Part shown: in pieces, positions 24,081 through 34,869 of the stretch | Numbering within the stretch: the stretch's first letter is position 1 | How the letters are laid out: each line of letters opens with the position of its first letter | Assembly (NCBI RefSeq): GCF_001194135.2 | Contig: NC_068992.1 | Coordinates: 49,053,422 to 49,097,558, forward strand | Origin: Octopus bimaculoides | Lineage: Eukaryota | Length of the DNA stretch: 44,137 nucleotides | Direction of reading: 5' to 3' | The notes under the pieces: model-generated | What the model saw: only the letters and a program-made list of their open reading frames with translations | What the model was told of the DNA's origin: nothing | Database searches by the model: none | Position numbers and translations under genes: made by a program

Positions 24081-24783
24081 CGGGTCACTGAACTTAAACA
24101 AGAGTGGTAGCTCTCGTTTGTAGAACTTTGCAAATTATTTGCTGATGCACGCTGATATTGGCCGAACCAATACAAAATCCTGTGCACAGAGAGCAGCATG
24201 AATCAATATAATGACATGTTCATTCTTATATATATAAATAAGTGTGTGTGTGTGTGTGTGTGTGTGNNNNNNNNNNNNNNNNNNNNNNNNNNNNNNNNNN
24301 NNNNNNNNNNNNNNNNNNNNNNNNNNNNNNNNNNNNNNNNNNNNNNNNNNNNNNNNNNNNNNNNNNNNNNNNNNNNNNNNNNNNNNNNNNNNNNNNNNNN
24401 NNNNNNNNNNNNNNNNNNNNNNNNNNNNNNNNNNNNNNNNNNNNNNGGAAGGGAGGAGGAGAATGGGGAAGAGGAGGAGGGGGAGGGGGAGGGGAAGAGG
24501 AGATGAGGGAGTGGAAGAGGAGGGGAGGATGGCTATAGTAGTGGTGGTGGTGGTGGTGGTGATGCTCAGCACATAAAAAAAAAGCTAACAGAGACAAAAG
24601 CCTGCAAAGAGATCTGGATTGTGCTCAGTGAGGTATTTTGGATGAGAGGTTAAAAAGAAAAGAAAAAAGAAGCTAAAAATTAAATACTCTTACATTGTAG
24701 ATTGTTATATATATAGATAGACGTTTCTGAAAGGGGGAGGGGTGTGGACTTATAGCTTATCAGCTTAAAGGATTGTGTTTCAG

Positions 24784-24822
<39 letters not shown>

Positions 24823-24849
24823 TGTGTGTGCACATGTGTATGTGTGTAC

Positions 24850-24906
<57 letters not shown>

Positions 24907-25152
24907 CATACATGCATATATATATACATGCATATATATACACACATATATATATATACATATGCATACATAAATGTTTATGTGCGTATATACATGCACT
25001 CACAAACATGAACATGTGTGTGTGTGTGTATGTATGTGTATATATATATATATGTATGTGTATGCCCATAAATACATATATATATATATACACATACACA
25101 TACACACACACATATGTATACATATATTTGAATATGTATATATTAGTAGTTT

Positions 25153-25191
<39 letters not shown>

Positions 25192-25967
25192 ATATATATA
25201 CATATATATACCTATGTAGATACATACATACATATACACGTGCGTAAGCATGTATATGTATTTGTATATAATAGGACCAGCTCTTCTTTCAAACGTGATA
25301 TTGAAGATATGGCTATGTTCATGTTTGATCTTTTTTTTTAAGAAAGATTTCTCATAATTCCTCATTAGTTCAGGAAAAGTATTGTTCTTTTGTCTATTAC
25401 TGTCTCAAAGCAATCTCAGCCTCATCTTCTGAATGGAGTGATGATAGTGGCTTGTTGCTGTTCTCTCTACATGTTGTAGTAACATGCCACAACCATTTCT
25501 TCAATATTATATGCATGCACACACACATATATACATACATATACCTATATGTTCATGTATGTGTATATATATTCCAATCCCCATTCCTTGTGAGTATGCC
25601 TGGGCACTTCGTCACCATCGCTCTCCTGCTCTCTTCCATTCTCTCTCTCGTATCTTGTTCTACCCTTCTGGCCGGTTAACCATGTATTGCCTCTACAGCA
25701 GCACACCCGTTTCTGGCCTCAATCTTGATCACTCCTCTCTCTCTCTCTCTCTCTCTACTCACTTTCTCTTTCTCACTCTCTCCCACTAGATAACCATGAA
25801 CCTCCCCTACACCTGTTTCTGTCTCCCAGTCACACTCTAACCTTTCATCATCTGACACAAGATCACCTTCAATGCTCCCCCCACCCTCTCTCTCAAAGGA
25901 TCTTTGACTTGCAAGTTACCTGGTGATCCCGCCAATGCTGGAGCTTCATAAAAGGCATTCAGTCCTT

Positions 25968-26058
25968 AATGACCTACACGTGTTTCCATTGCTGCAACTA
26001 CTCACTGTCGTAAATGCAGTCTAGCAATATTGTCAGTGCAGCTTCATCAGGGTCCATC
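25968..26058 (-). ncRNA. Type I hammerhead ribozyme motif with palindromic stem III
   Basis: Minus: GAUGGACC CUGAUGA(26050-44) A-GCUGCA...UGCAGC-AAUG GAA ACACGUGU A(25975)^GGUCAUU; stem I GACC/GGUC plus 3 bp; ACACGUGU is a perfect palindrome; extra bases at the stem II/GAAA junction. Confidence 0.7.
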
Positions 26059-26093
26059 CATTTAGTTTTAGAGTTCACTTCAAGGATGACCAA

Positions 26094-26270
26094 ATCATCA
26101 TCATCATCATCGTTTAACGTCTGCTTTCCATGCTAGCATGGGTTGGACTGATTTGACTGAGGACTGGTGAACCAGATGGCTACACCAGGCTCCAATCTGA
26201 TTTGGCAGAGTTTCTACAGCTGGATTCCCTTCCTAAAGCCAACCACTCCGAGAGTGTAGTGGGTGCTTGG
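26094..26270 (-). mobile_element. Family R 3' end
   Basis: catcatcatcgtttaacgtctgctttccatgctagcatgggttgg...ccactccgagagtgtagtgggtgc. Confidence 0.9.
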
Positions 26271-26784
26271 ATTTAAGCTTAGAATTTTGATGATTTATAA
26301 TTTTTCAAAAACAAGTTTGTTTTATTTTTCAAAAGTTTTCAAGTTTCGTCCTCTAGAAATGTTTATAAAGACTTGTCACTTGTCTTACTGGACAGGGATC
26401 AAAAGAAAGTGGTGTTATACCATATTTCTTTGATGCTATTCCTGTAGTAAATATGGTTTTCAAAACAAAAGAAGCTTTTATAATTTGTATACACATACAC
26501 ACATACGCATACGCACATATAAATACACGCATACATACGCACACATGCAAATATACCACCATCACTACCATCATCATCATCATCATCGCCATAACCCTCA
26601 TCAACATCACTACCACCACCATCATCAGCATCACCAACAATAACCAATACCATGACTGCAACCACCACCACCACCACCACCACCATCATCATCATTATCA
26701 TTAACATTGTCATCATCATTATCATATAACATTTTAGCTATTTTCATTACCATCAGTACAAGACCTAGTTACAAGGTTATTATA

Positions 26785-27300
26785 ATAATAATAATGGTTT
26801 CAAATTTTGCCACAAGGGCAGCAATTTGGTGGTGGGGAGGCGGTTCATCGATTATATTAACCCCAGTGCATAACTGGTACTTAATTTATCAACCCCAAAA
26901 GGATGAAAGGCAAAGTTAACCTCAGCGGAATTTGAACTCAGAACGTAGCAGCAGACAAAAAACTGCTAATGATCCTTTCTACTAAAGGCACAAGGCCTGA
27001 AATTTTGGGGGAGGGGGGCCAGTTGATTAGATCGACCCCAGTACACAACTGGTACTTAATTTCTCGACCCTGAAAGGATGAAAGGCAAAGTTAACCTCGG
27101 CGGAATTTGAACTCAGAACGTAGCGGCAGACAAAAAACTGCTAATGATCCTTTCTACTAAAGGTACAAGGCCTGAAATTTTGGGGGAGGGGGGCCAGTTG
27201 ATTAGATCGACCCAGTACACAACTGGTACTTAATTTCTCGACCCTGAAAGGATGAAAGGCAAAGTCAACCCCAGCAGAATTGCCACCTTAAATAATAATA
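26785..27300 (-). repeat. Head-to-tail array of family M SINE sequence, period 175/174 bp
   Basis: ggatgaaaggcaaag at 26901, 27076 and 27250; the later units are nearly identical. Confidence 0.9.
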
Positions 27301-27322
27301 ACAATAATAATAATCGTTTCTA

Positions 27323-27353
<31 letters not shown>

Positions 27354-27635
27354 TATCATGATAACGTACCATTGCATTTTAGTTCCATTACCCGCAGATC
27401 TGACTCCACCCAAGATACAATTGTTGTTGGCATCACTGCTGATTATGTTCAATGCCAATCCGTCCATGACAATCATGCCTGTTTTAGCAGTATCCAGGAA
27501 TAAGCTATCTAATTTGTCTTTTCCTTATTTAAGACATTGAAGTGTGACTAAAGAGTGATTTTTGCCTGCTATTTCTAGCAAGTCAAACGACCATGAAGAG
27601 GCATTCTCATTTGCTCATTGTACACTTTGTCATTT

Positions 27636-27677
<42 letters not shown>

Positions 27678-27759
27678 TTGTTGTTGATGATGACGACGGT
27701 GGTGGTGGTGGTGGTGGTGGTGGTGGTGTGTTGCAAGTATTTATTCTGTCACCATGAGA

Positions 27760-28280
27760 GAATTGCAAATCAGAGAGGGGGGGAGAGGAGAGAGAGAAGG
27801 AGAGACAGAAAGATAGGGTAAGAGAGAAGAGAAAGATAGGGTAAGAGAGAAGAGAAAGAAGAAAGTGTGAGCATGAGAGAGAGAAGGAAAGAGCGAAGGG
27901 AGGGAGAGGAAGAGAGAAGGGGAGAGAGAGAAGGGGAGAGAGAGAGAGAAAAGAGAGAGAAGAAAGAGAGAAGAAGAAAGAGAGAGAGAGAAGAAGAAAG
28001 AGAGAGAGAGAGAAGAAGAAAGAGAGAGAGAAGAAAGAGAGGTGAAGAGAGTGAGTGAGAGAGAGAGGAAGAGAAGGGAAAAGAAGAGGAAAAAAGAGAG
28101 AAAGAAGACAGAAATATGATGAAGAAGAGAGAAAGAAGAGAGAAATCTAAGAGAAGAGAAAAAAGAGAAAGGAAGGAATGAGAAGGAAGTCAGAGGAAGA
28201 GAGAAAGAGAGAGAGAGAGTGAGTGTTGAAGAGGAAGGAAGGAAGAAAGAAAGAAAGAAAGAAAGAAAGGAGAGAGGGGG
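27760..28280. repeat. Polypurine (GA/GAA/GAAA)-rich tract
   Basis: About 500 nt almost free of pyrimidines on +. Confidence 0.95.
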
Positions 28281-28591
28281 GAGTGTAGCAGTTTTCCGTG
28301 ATTACAATCTCACTTGGTAGGAAACACTACAAACCATGGTGTGTGTGTGTGTGTGTACGTATGAATGTGCGTGCGTGTGGGGGGCATTTGTATGTATGTA
28401 TGCATGTGCTCGTGTGTACATATGCACATACGATGTGTGTGTAGTGCATGTGTGTATACATGGGTATTTTATATGTATATATACGTACATATGTGTGTGT
28501 GTATGTCTGTGTGTGTGTGTGTGTATTCCTTTGTTTGTGTTTGTGGTATATGTGTATGAATTTATGCTCATGCATATATGTGTGTGTGTAT

Positions 28592-28628
<37 letters not shown>

Positions 28629-28735
28629 CACATTTGTGTATGGGCATGTTTATACTTGTGTTGTGTGTGTGCATATGTGCATGTGTTTGTGTGTGTGTGG
28701 GCATGTTTATATGTGTGTGTGTTTGTTTGTGTGTG

Positions 28736-28768
<33 letters not shown>

Positions 28769-29900
28769 TATATTATATATATACATATACACGTTTGTGT
28801 ATGAGTATGTTTATGCTTGTGTTGTGTGTGTGGGTATGTTTATATGTGTGTGTGTGGGTGTTTGCTTGAACTACAAGTGCCACAATCAAGCGGCATGTAA
28901 AAGCTGTGCCAACGTCTTCCATAGCAAGCAGAAAAATATATATAAAAATGGTAGGCAGGAGGCATTGGCGGCAACTCTTCGACACAGATTCTTCAACTAA
29001 AAGAACCAATATCCAGTTTGCGAAAAACACAAACACACACACACACACACATACCTCAGTACCAATATGGCACGTGAATATTAACATTAGTAATATCATC
29101 ATCATCATCATCCTCAACATCATTATGAACATCATCACGACCATCATCGACATCATCATCGTCATCATCATCAACAGTATTTCTACTGCTATGTCAATTT
29201 ACAATAATCTATATTGTTTTTCAGTTACATGTGTGTATGTACATGTATGTGTGTGCTTTATGTGTCTAATGTGTGTGTTTATAGTGTGTGCATATTGTGC
29301 TTATTGTTATGATACATAAAGCAATCATTATTATTAATATTATTACATTATTATTATATAATATGCTATAGTGCATTATATAATTTAATATAATGCTATA
29401 TAATATAGTGTATTATATTACATAATAAACATCATATAATATAGCGTGCGTTATGTAATATCAATTAATGTAATATTGTAATATACTCTCATGTCAAGCC
29501 CGCCTCAATTCCATTATTAAGCCCTTATAAGAATGTAACAATAGAGAGAGTGGAGTGCTACCTTCCTGTGTATTTGTCCAAAAGGTGAATGAAGGTGATA
29601 AGTCTAATCTAATTGAATACAACTAATTACTCCCAACATGCATCTGTAGACCAGGGAACACAGCCAGCAGAAGATGCTTGCCCTTGATTTTAAGGGTAAT
29701 TTGGGATCTGTAGGGTTTCCTCCGATTGGTCGTCCTTTCTTAGTGGGGCATATTGTTTCTTTGATTTCTCCATATGTGCTGTTAGGCATGAGTCGGTTTG
29801 TCATTAGTGTCCATATTCTTCAGTTTCCATTCTATATAATTCCTTCCCATTTTTATGAGTTATCTTTGTAATATCCCCTCATCCGTTTCCCTTGTGAAAC

Positions 29901-29933
<33 letters not shown>

Positions 29934-30242
29934 CATCATCATTGTCTTCTTTCAATTTTTGTTTCTGTTTCTTGCTCAGTGTCTTACCGACACCTAAGAA
30001 ACTCGCTGTATACTTTCGTAGGACATCGAAATAAAGACACCAGATTGTTCATTTACAAAGTCATGCAATGGCAAAAAAAAAAATGGGGAAGAAAGACAGA
30101 GAGAAAAAAGGAATGAAGAAAAGGGAAACAGAAAATTAAGGGGAAAAAGGAAAGAAAATTCACAGCGACGATGCTCTTCTCGATACATGTAACATACCAG
30201 TTAATACAATCTCTTGTACTTCCTGTACATATTATTATTATT

Positions 30243-30728
30243 AAGGTGGTGAGCTGGCAGAATCATTAGCATGTTGGGTGAAATGCTTAGCGATATTTCG
30301 TCTACCACTATGTTCTGAGTTCAAATTCCGGGGAGGCCAACTTTGCCTTTCATCCTTTTGGTGGGGCAATTAAATAAGTACCAGTTACGCACTGAGGTCC
30401 GTGTAATCAACTTATCCCCTCCCCACAAATTTCAGGCCTTGTGCCTATAATAGAAAGGATTACTATTATTATTATTATTATTGCTATTAACGTGGTGAGC
30501 TGGTAGAATCGTTAGCATGCCGGGCAAAATGCTTAGTAGCGTTTCGGTTGTCTTCACGTTCTGAGTTCAAATTCCACCAAGGTCAATTTTGTCTTTTATC
30601 CTTTCAGGGTCAATAAATTAAGTACCAGTGAAACACTGTGGTCAATGTAATCAACTAGTCCCCTCCCCCAAATTTCAGGCCTTGTGCTTATAGTAGAAAG
30701 GATTATTATTATTATTATTATTATTATT
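30243..30728 (+). mobile_element. Two tandem full-length family M SINEs separated by (TTA)n
   Basis: Each begins gtgagctgg(c/t)agaatc.ttagcatg, has B-box gagttcaaattcc and a Meta-like core, and ends aaatttcaggccttgtgc.tat.atagaaaggattatt(att)n. Confidence 0.9.
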
Positions 30729-31230
30729 GTGGAGGCGCAATGGCCCAGTGGTTAGGGCAGCAGACTCGCGGTCATAGGATCACGGTTTCGATTCCCAGAC
30801 CGGGCATTGTGAGTGTTTATTGAGCGAAAACACCTAAAGCTCCACGAGGCTCCGGCAGGGGATGGTGGCGAACCCNNNNNNNNNNNNNNNNNNNNNNNNN
30901 NNNNNNNNNNNNNNNNNNNNNNNNNNNNNNNNNNNNNNNNNNNNNNNNNNNNNNNNNNNNNNNNNNNNNNNNNNNNNNNNNNNNNNNNNNNNNNGTACTC
31001 TTCCACCACAACTTTCTCTCACTCTTACTTCTTGTTTCTGTTGTGCCTGTAATTCAAAGGGTCAGCCTTGTCACACTGTGTCACGCTGAATATCCCCCGA
31101 GAACTACATTAAGGGTACACGTGTCTGTGGAGTGCTCAGCCACTTGCACGTTAATTTCACGAGCAGGCTGTTCCGTTGATCGGATCAACTGGAACCCTCG
31201 ACGTCGTAAGTGACAGAATGCCAACAACAA
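30729..31230 (+). mobile_element. tRNA-derived SINE (family T head, different 3' body), spanning an N-gap
   Basis: gtggaggcgcaatggcccagtggttagggcagcagactcgcgg...ggtttcgattccc; ends ccaacaacaa; (TTA)n on both sides. Confidence 0.85.
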
Positions 31231-31271
<41 letters not shown>

Positions 31272-31380
31272 GGTGATGAGCTGGCAGAATTGTTAGCATG
31301 CCAGGAAAAATGCTTAGTGATATTTCATCCCTTTTTACATTCTCAGTTCAAATTCCACTGAAGTCAACTTTGCTTTTTTA

Positions 31381-31550
31381 GTACCTCTTTAATAGTGCAC
31401 TCCAACTTATTCAATGTGTCTTGTCTTATGAATGGCTCAGTGACCTCATGGTGCTGATGCTATGAAAAAAAAGGTACCCAGTACCTTCTGTGAAATGGTT
31501 GGCATTGGAGAGAGCATCTGGCTGTAGAAATCATGTCATAGCAAACATCA
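31381..31550 (+). mobile_element. Family R variant fragment; inverted partner of 33610-33777
   Basis: acctctttaatagtgcac...gcatctggctgtagaaatcatgtcatagca is shared with the reverse complement of 33610-33777. Confidence 0.8.
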
Positions 31551-31554
31551 ATGC

Positions 31555-32395
31555 ATTTGTTAGTTAACAATAATCAACATTAATAATAGTAATTCATTTT
31601 TAAAAACTAACATAAGATTATCATTAGTTAACAGATGTTAATATCAACAACATAGTTAACAGTTGTGACACACCCTGCAACAGTTAACATTATAATTAGT
31701 TCACTAAATAACAATTAGTATTATGATTAGTTAATTGAAGTGATGTCTTTACAGTAAACAGTCGCATAAGTTATCATAGTTGAAACAACATAATAGTTAA
31801 CACTATCATTTGTAACTACAACAGTTAATATTATCATTACTTTGTATAATAATTAACATAATCTTTATTTAACGCAATAATAAGCATTATCATTTGTTAA
31901 CACACCAGTTAGCATTTTTATTAGTTAAGACAATATTGAACATTATGATTAGTTAACATGATAATTGACATTAGTTAGTAAATTGATACAATTGATATTT
32001 GAGTAAACTAATACAATAGTTAACATTATAATTAGTTAACACAATAATAAACATTATCATTCATTAACACAATAGTTAACAATGCCATTACTTAACCAAT
32101 GATAATGATAATACTATGCTAACACCATAGATAATGTTATCTTTAGTTAACATAACACTATAGCTCTCAGGCACATAAATTAACACAATAGTTAACATAA
32201 TGTTTAGTTAACACAATAGTCAACATCATAGTTAGTTAACACAACAGTTATAACACCATCATTTAACATAACAATTAGTTAACAGAATAGTTAACATAAT
32301 CTTTAGTTAACATCTTTAGTTAACACAATACTTGACATTATAATTAGTGAACACAATAGTGAACATAATCATTAGTTAACACAATATTATCAAAC
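31555..32395. repeat. Degenerate AT-rich minisatellite built on GTTAAC (unit about 28-30 nt, attagttaacacaatagttaacattatc-like)
   Basis: Recurrent tagttaac/ttaacacaata motifs throughout. Confidence 0.85.
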
Positions 32396-32479
32396 AGTTG
32401 TATTGATAAACGACAAATCAAAGCTTTATTTTTCATCTATTTTATCAAATGTTTTACAATGTTTTATGTGAATCAAAAC

Positions 32480-33050
32480 AATGTACACTATTATTATTAT
32501 TGTTGTTGTTGTTGTTGTATTACTGATTTATATGTTGATTGTTATAATTTGTTTTTAGTGGTTCTTGTTTTTTATTCTTGTTGTTTTCTTTAGATTTATC
32601 TGTGCATTTCATTTCATTGTTTGGTTTCTTTTTCAGTTCTTGTTTACAATTGCAATCATCATCATTGTTGTTACTGCTGTTGTTGTTGTTGTTATGTTAA
32701 TGGTGCTGACGGTGGTGACGGTGGTGGTGGCGGCGGTGGTGATGCTAGTGGCTTTGGCATTAATTTTGTTTTTTTGTTGCAATTGCTATCTGTTGATATT
32801 CCTGTTTATACTATCATTGTTACTTTGCTTGCTTTTAATTTTGTTGTTGATGATGATGAAGATGATGATGTCATTGTTGTGATTATTGTTGTTGCTGTTG
32901 TTGTTGTTGTTTATGTAATCATTGTTGTTGTTTCTGGTGCTGCTTACATTGCTATAGTAGTTGATGAAGATGATGATGATGATAATGATAGTGACGGTGA
33001 TGGTGGTGGCAGTGATGGTGGTGGTGGTACTGGTGATGGGAGAGGTGTAA
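32480..33050. repeat. Mosaic trinucleotide microsatellites (GTT/GAT/GGT)
   Basis: Visible directly; source of the poly-V/D/G ORFs. Confidence 0.9.
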
Positions 33051-33499
33051 TTTTCTTATCTTTCTAATCCTATCATTAGGAGCAATTGTTAACACAGTTT
33101 TAAAAAAATCACCTATACACACACATACGCGCACATACACACATATACACACACATATATACACATGCACATATACATACAAATATAGATATACAAACAC
33201 ACATGTAAAGATAATGTTCATATACATGTGTGTATATACATGTATATGTGTGTATACACACACACACACACTCTTAAATATATACATACATGCACACTTA
33301 TGTATAAATTCATACAAATGCACTTTATACCCACATAAAAGTACAAAGCAGACACACATAAACAAATATACACACACATAACCTATGAATCATCCACACA
33401 CACACATACATTTTCCCTGCAGCCATACTCACATGCACACAAGTACACATGCACATATATATATGCACACACATATAAATGCATACACAAACTCTTTCT

Positions 33500-33777
33500 C
33501 ATCATCATCATCATCATCATTATCATCATCACTTTAACATGTTTTCTATGCTAGCATGGGTTGGATGGTTCAACAGGAGATGGAAAACCAGAGGACTGCC
33601 TAATGCTCTGATGTCTGCTATGACATGATTTCTACAGCCAGATGCTCTCCCTAATGCTAACCATTTCACAGAATGCACTGGGTACCTTTTTTGTCATGGC
33701 ATCAACACCATGAGGTCACTGAGCCATTCATAAGACAAGACCCCTCGAATGAGTTAAGGGTGCACTATTAAAGAGGT
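33500..33777 (-). mobile_element. Family R variant element with (GAT)n tail
   Basis: catcatcatc...tgctagcatgggttgg on + at 33500-33565. Confidence 0.8.
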
Positions 33778-33799
33778 GGTCTTACACCAGGTATTGTGA

Positions 33800-34264
33800 A
33801 GCCATTAAGCTCTGCAGTAAATTTGGGAGCTGTACCTTTGTGATCCATTCTAACAATTCACATAAGAATCCGACGGTCCCTATCTGAAAGTTTTGGTTTT
33901 CTTCTGGAGTTTTGTTTCAACAAGAAGGTTTTTCCCTCTTTCTCAAAGGCTGTCATTACTCTTGAGACAATACTTCTTGATACACCAAACATTTTGGCTG
34001 TTTTCATTATGCTAGCGCCTGCCATACGAGCACCAACAATTTGACCTCTTTGAAAGTCCGATAGCTCTGTCATTTTAATGAATTTGAATTACCTTTTTCT
34101 TATGATATCTGAAAAGAAACAGCAATTTTAGCAAAACATATTAAGCAACACTAATAACAAATCAAAAAAAACATAAAAATAAACAAGCTTTTGGCGGTTT
34201 TATAGATATTTCAAAATTATGATGCTATGATGCTAAGTGTTTCCATTATTTTGTCCAACCCCTG
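33800..34264 (-). mobile_element. 3'-truncated Tc1 transposon: left TIR plus paired-like HTH transposase N-terminus (pseudogene)
   Basis: TA|CAGGGGTTGGACAAAATAATGGAAAC at 34266-34239; ORF 34073-33858 MTELSDFQRGQIVGARMAGAS...GVSRSIVSRV...RKPKLSDRDRR; past a TGA stop it continues IVRMDHKGTAPKFTAELN. Confidence 0.9.
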
Positions 34265-34499
34265 TATGTATATATGCACACCATAATCATCATCATCATC
34301 TTCATTTGAACATACACTTTCTCCTGCTTGCATAGGCTGGGTGGAGTTTATTGAAACAGATTTTCAATGACTAGTGACCTTCCTGTCACCAATCCTTACC
34401 TAATTGTAATCGAAGAAATATTTCCTGAAGGTCAGACATATGTTCATAGAATATTGGAAATGAATGACATTTGTTTACAACAGGCACACAATGTCAAGA

Positions 34500-34625
34500 C
34501 GAGGACACACACACACACATATGTAACAAGCTTCCTTTAGTTCCCATCTATCAAATCCACTCAGAAGAATTTGAATGGCCCAAGGCAATACTAGAAGACA
34601 CTTGCTAGGGTGCTACGCAGTGGAA
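34500..34625 (-). mobile_element. Family C SINE fragment, diverged
   Basis: atcaaatccactcagaag...ctagaagacacttgc. Confidence 0.65.
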
Positions 34626-34869
34626 CTGACGTTTTCTGGTTGTTTGATCAACTAAACTATTTTCATATAAGAGTATAAGTGGCTGAGTATTCCAGGAACA
34701 TGGATATCTAAAACATAATCCTTCTCAGACTCAGATACAGTATGACAGAGTGTAAAACTATGTAATGGGAAGAGGCAAGATAAATGAAACAAAAATACCA
34801 GGATGGAGGTGATACGAGCCAAGCCAGCTCCAAGGAGGAGAGGTTATTACTGGAGGGGAAAAGACATAG

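Noticed and set aside
29600-29880. Moderately GC-rich unique-looking segment with 65-aa ORFs (also 28870-29020 and 6980-7135)
   Set aside because: No recognisable motif or convincing splice pair; probably unclassified TE relics. tBLASTx would be needed.
30729-30805. tRNA-like sequence as a functional tRNA gene (also heads at 5725, 10932, 43990)
   Set aside because: Continues into SINE bodies, lacks a proper acceptor stem and oligo-T terminator; these are SINE heads.
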